Assembly: GCA_043228905.1 (NCBI GenBank)
Contig: JBHGNT010000022.1
Location: 186,001-250,000, forward strand
Direction: 5' to 3'
Length of the DNA stretch: 64,000 nt
Source of the DNA: Azolla caroliniana
Taxonomy: Eukaryota > Plantae > Polypodiophyta
The position numbers and the translations under genes were made by a program. The notes under the pieces were generated by a model. That model ran no database searches. It was not told where the DNA came from and was given only the letters and a program-made list of their open reading frames with translations. Position 1 is the stretch's first letter. Each line of letters opens with the position of its first letter. Below, one piece after another: positions 37,550-46,578 of this stretch.

Positions 37550-38850
37550 ATTCTTGTTTGGGACAAGAGCTCTCTCTTGTTCCTTTCATGATTTGCTGGC
37601 ACCGTTAGGAACTGGACGGATTTCCCTTCGTTTTGGCTCCAAATTCGTGCAAAAGCTGCACCACTATCGAGCACCTTCGTCTCCATCCGTGATGCCGTGA
37701 TAAAGGGTTGCCCGAGGATCATGGAATGTGAGACCTCGTCTTGTACGAAGAAATTTTGGTCGATCTCGACATCCCCGATCTTCACCGTCACATCTGGACA
37801 AGCCGCAAATAGATCTTCCGTTGCTTTAGTGGCCGCCCGGATCTTCCACCCATGATTCATGTTAATAGGCCACTTACCCTTCCGGTAGAATTCCTTGGAC
37901 ATCAAGTTGATCTCCGATCCATGATCAATCAATGCTAGCACGGGTTCTTTGATGTTACCGATTCGGACTGGAGTCTCCGTAGTTGCGCGTGCCCAGTGTG
38001 GCTTTGTGTAGTGAGAATTCGGTATTTCGCCATCCAATTCAGTGTCATTCATTAGAACGGTATTTGCATTCACCCTTGGAGCGTTCTCCTCCGTACTTTG
38101 CCTTTTTCTCTTCACGAGATCCACAAGAAGGTCGTGGAACTCCTTCTTCGCTATTCTGAGTAATTCTCGAAGCGAAAAATCTACCCGGCTATTGAGGATT
38201 CTCTCCTCGAACACCTTTTTCAATTCCGTTTGTTGTTCGATGTCCGAGGCGAGCTTGAATGCCGGAATCATCTTTTCTTTTCCCTTACCTCTGGAGTTCC
38301 AGCTTTCCGGTGTCTTCGACGGACCGACCGCCTCATCCGTGCGCCGTCGCTTCTCATCTACATACACTTCATGCAATTGGCATAAAGAAAACACGCTATT
38401 CTTATCGACGGGGCACTCCCATCCCGTAGCTTCCCGGATGCCTTCTGCGGTGCTTCGAATCTCGTTACAGTCAGTTTTCTTGGTGTTTTCTAGCACTTCC
38501 GGCCAAAAAGATACCTTTGCTCCCGATGACTCCCCGACACGTATTCTCGCGGTTGTCGCGTAATTGTTCTTCGCCGCTATTTCCTCCTCTAGGATCTTCT
38601 TCATCCCGCCTTTCCGGAAATTCGGTCGGAGTGGCTTCCGAGAGTCCATCGAATGAATCCGATTTCCCTCGTAGTAGATAAGATCCTGTCGTAATGCCTC
38701 CTTGTGCTCGTCGCAATCCTTTCGATCATGTTCGGTGCTATCGCACCATATACATCGACGGTCCATATACTTGGAACTTGTGGGACGGTCATCCGACTTC
38801 TTCACCATCACAATTTTTAGATTCTCCATCTCCTTCAGCAACTGCTCCAC
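37540..38850 (-). CDS. Element C gag (N-terminally deleted) - protease
   Basis: Zinc knuckle CIWCDSTEHDRKDC and protease ALIDHGSEIN. Lacks the N-terminal region present in B gag. Confidence 0.85.
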   Translation of the reverse strand: MEQLLKEMENLKIVMVKKSDDRPTSSKYMDRRCIWCDSTEHDRKDCDEHKEALRQDLIYYEGNRIHSMDSRKPLRPNFRKGGMKKILEEEIAAKNNYATTARIRVGESSGAKVSFWPEVLENTKKTDCNEIRSTAEGIREATGWECPVDKNSVFSLCQLHEVYVDEKRRRTDEAVGPSKTPESWNSRGKGKEKMIPAFKLASDIEQQTELKKVFEERILNSRVDFSLRELLRIAKKEFHDLLVDLVKRKRQSTEENAPRVNANTVLMNDTELDGEIPNSHYTKPHWARATTETPVRIGNIKEPVLALIDHGSEINLMSKEFYRKGKWPINMNHGWKIRAATKATEDLFAACPDVTVKIGDVEIDQNFFVQDEVSHSMILGQPFITASRMETKVLDSGAAFARIWSQNEGKSVQFLTVPANHERNKRELLSQTRMDF

Positions 38851-39869
38851 TGTAGTTGCATCAATTCCCTTCTCAGTCGTAGCTTCCCGAACGCGCGGTT
38901 GATGGTCTTCTGATTCGGATCTCGGTTTCGGAATTGGTTCACGTCGGGTTCACCACTTGTGTCGTGCCTTTTGGCTCCGGATCGTTTGCGTGAGTCGGGT
39001 GGGAACCGTTGGGGTTTTGGAGTAGGAGGAAAGAAAATTCTAAGGCAATTAAGAATATGAAATATATTGTAAGAAAGAAAGATATGAAAACCTCGTGAAT
39101 CCCACGAGTATAGTGTATTAGTGAGTAATCAAATTAAGAGAGAAAGAATAGTTAGCAAATTCGTGAATCCCACGATTATCTTATATTAATCAACCCTTGT
39201 AAAATAATCAACAACCTCTATACATCTTTCTCTCTTCCTTATATAGTGTTGGAAGAGTCTAAGTTTATCACATGCAAGCATCATGCTTTTTCTATCTTTA
39301 GTTTTCATGCACACTGCATGTGCATGATTAGCTTTCTATCTCATTTTTTTTTTGTTTCTAACTCGAGTGTCTATGCATGAATAACTTTTGTACCATGCAT
39401 GTATAGAAATTTTACATGGAATAAAGTTTAGTATAACTTTAAAATTCATAATACCTTAGTACCATGATAAGGCTTAACATTATTAACATGGAGGTGCAAG
39501 GTTCGAATCTTGCCCTATGCATGTAATATATATATATTTTTTATACTTTCTTCTATTTACAAATACGTCTCTTCATCCGGTGAGAGACTCTCACCGGCCT
39601 TCTTCATCCGGCTCTTTCCGGTTCTGCTTCATCCGCGGTGCTTGATAGTTTTCTTTGTCCGGTTCTTACCGGAACCTCCTTACCGATCTCTTCGTCCGTT
39701 TCTCACCGACTCTAACCGGCCTTCTTCATCCGGCTCTTGCCGGGTCTCCTTGCCGGTTTCGGTCCTTACCGGTTCCTTCTTCCGGTTCTCACCGGGTACT
39801 CCATGTCCTATCCGGAGAGACCAAAAATGTAATTTTTCACGTAGTGTATGAATTACACTACGACAACGG

Positions 39870-42800
39870 CCTCCAGACCAAATGCTAGCCTGAACGGTGT
39901 TGATTGTTTGTTGGTCTTATATCTGGTACGGTATGCCCATAATGTGCAATGCAACTTGGTGTCCCAATTCATCCTATTCTCATTGACTATCTTTTTGAGG
40001 GTAGTTTGGAGGGTTTTGCTCGTGGATTCCGCCAAGCCATTTGCCTGCGGGTAATACGGCCGCCGGGTATAGGGTCCCACGAAATCTAACCCCCACTTTT
40101 GGAAAGGATCTAGTGGCAACACTGGTTGGTGTGGCATTCTTGCGACTTCCGTGGGCTGGCCCAATCATTGGCATAAATCGCACTGTTTGCAATATTCGTA
40201 CGCGTCCTTTTACATCGTCGGCCACCAAAGTCTTGCTTGCCAAATTTTCCGGATCGTAACATCGCCCACGTAATGTCCTCCCGCCGTACCACAATGGGCT
40301 TTGCGTAGAACCGCGGCCTTCTCATCCTATCATATTCCGCGGCTCTAGATGCCGTCACTACCCTTGTGGTATAGTATGTCTTCCACAAAACAAAAATTTC
40401 GACTTCGTACGGCCAGCCATTTTTTCTCGTCGGTCCGTAATTGGGGTGGCGGTAACCCCGGGGTTAGGAAGTAGGTCATTTCCATGAGCCACCGATCCGG
40501 GAAAGTCTTTTCTGTTCGTTTTGCTAGCGTTGCTACCCACTGAATGTCTGGATCCGGAAAGTCGTTGTCATCCTTCTACGTCATTTCTCCATTATCGAGT
40601 TTGCCCAAAAAATCTGCCACTACGTGTTGCGTACCCGGGCGGTGCTGAAGTACAAAGTCGAATTCTTGAAGCAGCAGCATCCATCTCGCCAATTTTCCCG
40701 TCAACGCTTGTTTCGCTACCAAATATAGTAGTGCCGAATGATCCACGTGAAACGTGAATTTCCACCCTAGCAAATAATGCTGGAAATGATTGATATTGTA
40801 GATCATACCCAATGCCTCACGTTCCGTTGTGGAATAGTTACGTTCAGCTGTTGATAATTTCCGACTAGCGTAGTACACCGGCCGATACCAATTCGGCTCC
40901 GTGAGCTGCATTAGCGCACTACCTATTGCTATGTCCGAGGCATCTACGAACACGTGGAATGGCTTCGCCCAAACTGGTGGCTGTACGACGGGTGCCTACG
41001 TTAGCATTACCTTTAGCGCATCATATGCCTTCTCTTCCGTAGTTGTCCATTGGAAGGGAGTCCGATGAACGGTGGCATGTAATGGCGTGGCGAAGTCCGC
41101 CAAATAGCGTATCATCCGATTGTGCCATCGTATTTGCCCCAAAAACCGGCTGAGTGATTTCGCATTTGTCGGCGTTTTCGAGTGAGTAATCGTAGAGATT
41201 TTATTCAGATCATTCGCTATCCCTTCCTTGCTAACTATATGGCTGAGGAGAGCCCCGCTACTAACGCCGAAGGCACATTTGGCGGGATTCAGGCTTAAGC
41301 GTGCGGTTCGACAACGCTCCAGGAAAAGCTGTATATGCGTAAAATGGTCGGTTATCGTCCCATACCGCAAAATCATCTAAGAAAACTTGCATGAAGGTCG
41401 GAATATATTCCCCAAAAATCTCCATGATTTTCTGTTGCAATGTCGTCGGCGCCGTCTTTAGCCTGAACATCATGACGACTACGACATAGACTCCCCAGTC
41501 CGTGACAAACGCCGTCTTCTCTTGGTCGTCGGGGTGCATGCGTACTTGGTTGTACCCACTGAAGCCATCTAAAAAGCTGTACATGTCATGCCCCGCGACG
41601 ACGTCCAATACACTATCGGTGAACGGTAAAGGGAATGCGTCCGTAATGGTTACGACGTTCAATTTCTGGTAGTCCATGCATACACGTGTTTTGCCATTTT
41701 TCTTTGGTACGATTACTATCGGGCTTAACCATGTAGCTTGTTTAACTGGTCGTATGAATCCGGCCTTGAGGAGTTTGTCAATTTCTTCTTTTACGTGGGC
41801 CGCGTAGTTTGGGTTCATACGATATCGACGCTGCTGGATAGGTTTCGCGTCGGTTGCTAAATTCATCTTATGTTGATAGAACTTCGGATCTAAACCCTTC
41901 ATGTCCTCATGGGCCCAGGCGAACACATCTTTATACTTCCTGAGTAGTGCTATCATCGCGTCTCTCTGATCCGGCAGTAATTCTTTTGAGATGGAGAGGA
42001 ATCGGGGTTTTGACGCCGTACCCACGTTTACTTCTTCCAGGGCTGAGGCGGTGACTCGCCGTGAAATTTCCATTTCCCTCTTGAATGCTGCTTGTGCTTT
42101 GCTTAGTTCTAATATTGACTCCGGGTTTGGTTCGTAAGCCTCATCGTGGAGTGTAGCGGGCGTGGCATATTCCGCCGCAGCCTCGATGACGTCGATTTCG
42201 AACAACGGAATAATTCGAGGGTGCTTGTCTAGGTATACCTCTAATTCTGTATTATCCACCCCAGTCAACATATTAATATCCTCCGCGTACAATGGTGTTA
42301 TGCCCTTGGGTTGTGCTGCCATTTCCTCTGTTGGTACGCGGACCTTGGTGCATCCACGTCGAAAGCTCATACACTTGTGTTGCCAGCTTTGCTTGATATT
42401 TGCTGAACGAAGCCACGGTTTGCCCAGCAGCATAGGATACGCTCCTGGGGCGTCAATGGCGAGGACTACCGCCGAGATGACGAAGCGATGTCCTCCCACG
42501 ATAATGCCTACCTTGCGTATCAAACCCAATGGTCGTACTGAGTGGGTATCCACCATGCGAAGCCAAAACGGGCAAGCTTCCCATTCTGAAATTCCCAATT
42601 GTTCGCATGTCTTCGCGCTAATTACATTAACGACCGAGCCGCCATCGATTATGCATCGTGGGATTTCCTGACCGTGTAGTATCAACTTAATAGCCGGATT
42701 GTGGTGATCCACCATTGTTGGTCCAACGCTAATGTCCGTAAAATTCGCGGCGACGCTTACCCCAGGTCTGCCCGTCATCCGCTCTTCCACGGCTTGGCAG

Positions 42801-44168
42801 AATTGTTGGACTAGTTGCAGTAGCTTCTCCATGGTTAACGTTATCTCGCAACTTGTCAGTGCTTGCCATACGCAGTGGTTGTTGTTGGTCCCGGCGCGGT
42901 TCCTGGTGCTGGTCATCGTCCGAACTTTCGTCGTACCACCGTTGGTCCCGATATTGACGATGCTTTCCACAAGGCCCATTGAAGCCGCCACGTTTGTTCG
43001 TCGGATAGTAATTCTCATAGCATCGACCCCCTTTAGTATTTCTGTGGTTGCCGCGTAAGTCTTCATCCTCCGGCTTGTCTTCGTCGGAATTGTTGTGATT
43101 CCAGCGATTCCGGTAGTACCAGTCATCACGTGGGTTCCGATCCATATACCGTGATCGTTCTTCTTGCCTCCTTTGTTCATTATGGCGTGGGGGACGTTGT
43201 GTTTCGACGCTGCGTACTGTGGGTGTGGATCTGTTCAACATATTGTACTCGCACTGCTCAACTGTGTGAGCTTTCGAGTGACAGATTGGACAGTGGATTC
43301 GCATGTTGTATTCAACTACGGAATGCCCCAAATTCAAGCAAATCATGCACTGGATCGCTTGGCAAAAATGTCATTCCTGGTCCTAAGGTAACACTTGTCG
43401 TAATGAGGACATGGAAAACCTTTCCTCTTCTTCGTCCAGCTCGAGCTGTACCACTTTTTCTATGACCATATCAATCGTTTCCCCTTTCATGCTATTGTTG
43501 TTGAGCGTTGTCCGTATGGGTCGTCGTAATGCTGCCAGAAATGTCTCCCTAGTCTCGTCCTTCGGCGGGCCCTGTTCTAATTTCTGCCGTAAATTTTGGA
43601 AGCGTAAACTGAAATCCGCTACTGTCTCGTTCGACAACTGTTTAATTGTGTAAAACTGCTCGAGGATTTTGCGTTGCGGCATCCTCCGATGAAAAAACCG
43701 CAGAAAGGCTGACTGCAACTGGTCGAAGATCGTGATTGCTGGTAGATCCATCTGCGAATGCCAAAATGCCACTCTCCCATCCAAGGTTAATCCGAACTCC
43801 GTCATTTTAGACTGGTGCACTACTGCTTCGGAAAGGCTCTGCGCCATGTGGTTTGCATTCCAGACATTGAGGAACAGTCGGATGTGGGTTGCTGCGTCGG
43901 TTTCGCCGTTGAAGCGGGGATAAGCAAAGGCCATGCTGGATGCTACGGCGGGCAGGGAAGGACCATAGTGCTTTTGTGGTGAGCGCACTTCCTGCGTATC
44001 GCCGAGGTATTTGGGGAGCGAGAAATCGTCTTTGTGGTCCCGACAGGTATCACTGAGGTCATTGAGGTGAGGCTTTTGCCGTGCGCGTTCCTCTGCCTGG
44101 CATGTGATGGACCTTGTGATTGGTTGATCTTTTCGTGTTGGTTCTCTGGGGCATTTATGGATAAACAT
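39870..44168 (-). pseudogene. Element A gag-pol (fragmented)
   Basis: Gag YPRFNG..., two CCHC-type knuckles, protease IIDGGS, RT YSFLDGFSGYNQ/FLDDF, RNase H FVDASD, integrase WGLDFVGP with an internal deletion near 40070. Confidence 0.93.
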
Positions 44169-44222
44169 CCATTCGTCATTGTTCGTCTATGAGAAGACAC
44201 AGATCACCAAGCATGCCAAAAG

Positions 44223-44691
44223 TGTTACCGATTAGGAACACGGTCTACGGTCAGTCCTTCGATGTAGACCTCAAGGTGACTGTGTTGCAACGAATGGTAT
44301 CGTCGTTGCATAATACTTAGTGGGATACCTCCCGTAACCTAGTAGCGTATAAGGTAGACGGCTGCAACCGAGCTCCTTAGATAGTGGACTAGCAACCACA
44401 CCGTTACTCACGCCTACGCTCTTATGACTGCGCTACGCCACCAAGGATCACAGACACACAGTAGATTAACCACATATACGCACAGATATCAGAGAAGATA
44501 GAACTCTATTAAGATACGCCTCTTACATTCAAAATTACACGCTACCTCTATTAGAGGTTTTCTGCCCTTTATATACACAGGGTCTTTTAGCTGTTCACGC
44601 TTCCCACATGAACCGTTTACATGCGTTACAATTTTACTCTATTCTATATTATTGCGCTCTTGTCTGTCGGTTACTATTCCGGTGGAAAACA
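44223..44691 (-). repeat. Element A 5' LTR
   Basis: Direct repeat of 23083-23534, followed on the minus strand by PBS and gag. Confidence 0.95.
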
Positions 44692-46530
44692 ATGTGTTCC
44701 TTTGTGCCCCTTTTAGCATGCATGCCTTCATGCTATGGTGTACATGTGTTCCGTTGAGCCACCATTTTAGCATACCCTTGTTAGGAAGCATGTAGCCAAG
44801 TAAAGCCAACCCAAATGGGTACCTTTGTACGACTATAAATTGAATAGGAACAATACCCATTTGGGTTGGCTTTACTTAACTACATGCGTCCTAACAAGGG
44901 TATGCTAAAATGGTGGCTCAACGGAACACATGTACACCATAGCATGAAGGCATGCATGCTAAACAAGGGTATGCTAAAAGGGGCACAAAGGAACACATGC
45001 ACACCCAACATGAAGGCATGCACTTGCATCCAAGGGACACCACAATATGAATCTAGGTTTATATTTAAATGAGAAAAAGGTAAAATATGAGTTTACTTGT
45101 GGTATATATATATATAAATGTAAAGGTTGATTGTGGTAGGTATGTGTATATTAATGGTCTTATGTGTAGGTATAAGGATGTAAGTATATGAGTATGTGTG
45201 GGAAGGCAGTATGGATTCTTATATTAAAAGGTAAGTGGGTGTGAAGTAAAAATCTAGGTATTTGTTACTATTTGTGTGTGAAAAAAAGGGTCAGGTCAGA
45301 GTAAATGAGCTAGGCTCAAGGCCTTAACCTCGACCCGAGGCTTGAACGTTCAAAGGGTTTTTGATCCCTTGAGGACTTTGAATCCTTGAGGTTTGGGAGC
45401 TCGAGGCTTCAAACCATCGAGGGTTAAGAGCCAACCCAAGCCTTGGATTGAGGGTTGGGTGCAAAAACAAATGTTGGAGGGTTGGGTGTTATCCGAGCCT
45501 CAATTTGTGAGTTGAGGGCCCTCAAAGGCTATGTGCTTTTAGGTGAAGAAGCAAACACTAGAGGGTCGGGAGCTCGACCTCTCCAACTCGAGGTTTGGGA
45601 GTGGTGTGTTGTTAAAGACTTGGCTTCCTTCAAGTTTTGGAGGATTGTGATTGGGCATATGAGTTGATTGCCGAGGAATGTAAATGTTTGCAACTTGGTG
45701 ATGTGCTCTGTCAAGGGTTGAAGGTTTCCTTATGTGGTAGCTCGAGTTCCCATGCATTTGGCCTTGCTGGAGGATTAAGCTCAAACATTCATGTCGTTTG
45801 GGACCACTTTCTGGTTTGAACTTGAGTATTCACACAATAGTGGAGACTCGAGGATGGAGAGTTCGAGGCTCATGCCATCGAGATATAAACTTGAGTGTTC
45901 ACACTCGTTCTCGTCTGCAATGGTTGACCAAAATAATTTCTCCTTGTACTCTTACCTTTTAAAGTATGAATACCACCCAATTGGTATTCCCAGATTCCAA
46001 TATTGTGGGTTCAAGCCCGACCATTCATAATCTTCTTTTGCTTGTAATTTTTTCATAGGGACTTTGATCAATGTCCCAAATTTCCACTATGATTCCCAGA
46101 AATTCCCTAGATAGTCGCACAAAGAACAATCAAGTGCTCCGAAGTGAGGATGACCTCTGTTGTAAGTATGGCTGGACTAGCCGCAACACAGGTGTCTATC
46201 CGACACTTCTCCAAAGGGGTGGTAGGGATAGGATGTTAATACACGCGTATGATAATTACACTTAAGCACAGACGAAGACAAGATTAATCAGCATAAGCAA
46301 AACTATATTAATTCTTCGCGCTTTCATTACAAAACATCGGATCCTTTTATAGGCATCCGGCCAGATTACAATCGGTGCTCGGTAAGCAACCGTTAACCGA
46401 AACCGACTCGGTTCGGATCCGGATCGGTTACAACTACCGGATCCGTCCCTCCTAATAATTCTATTACTATTTCTATATTTATCCGATCCGACCTTGCTTT
46501 CCCATTTGCCTTCTCTGACCGGCCAACACA

Positions 46531-46571
46531 TGGCACGCCCGTGGGAAAGTGCATTGCACTTCGAACCCACA
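46531..46571 (-). other. tRNA 3'-half-like sequence at the PPT position of element E
   Basis: Minus strand reads TGTGGG TTCGA agtgcaatgcactt T CCCAC GGGCGTG CCA, ending 2 nt before the LTR. Confidence 0.8.
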
Positions 46572-46578
46572 GCCGGCT

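Larger units (their letters stand above)
33082..39865 (-). mobile_element. Ty3/Gypsy element C nested in the integrase of A
   Basis: LTRs at 33082-33950 and 38960-39865 (TGTCGT...ACGACA). 4-bp TSD ACGG at 33078-33081 and 39866-39869. PBS TGGTGAACCCGACGTGAA at 38955-38938. PPT GGAGGGGGCGAG at 33962-33951. Confidence 0.95.
23083..44691 (-). mobile_element. Ty3/Gypsy element A (non-chromovirus, Athila/Tat-like), host of nested B and C
   Basis: LTRs at 23083-23534 and 44223-44691 (TGTT...AACA; about 20 substitutions and a 17-bp indel by eye). TSD ATGTG at 23078-23082 and 44692-44696. Degenerate PBS TGGCATGCTTGGTG at 44218-44205. Confidence 0.95.
23028..45048. repeat. Foldback/MITE-like long inverted repeat (~410 bp) split by element A
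   Basis: Left arm 23028-23082 + 44697-44821 is the reverse complement of right arm 44854-45048, with a 32-nt spacer at 44822-44853. Confidence 0.9.

Noticed and set aside
45060-46157. CTCGAG-rich and coding-like sequence flanking E (continuing at 54773-55200)
   Set aside because: Could not be assigned to any family or sustained reading frame by eye.
46531-46547. Reading E (and A) as plus-strand elements because a PBS-like TGGCACGCCC follows the left LTR
   Set aside because: All ORFs and the LTR TATA are on the minus strand, and a separate PBS lies between the right LTR and gag.
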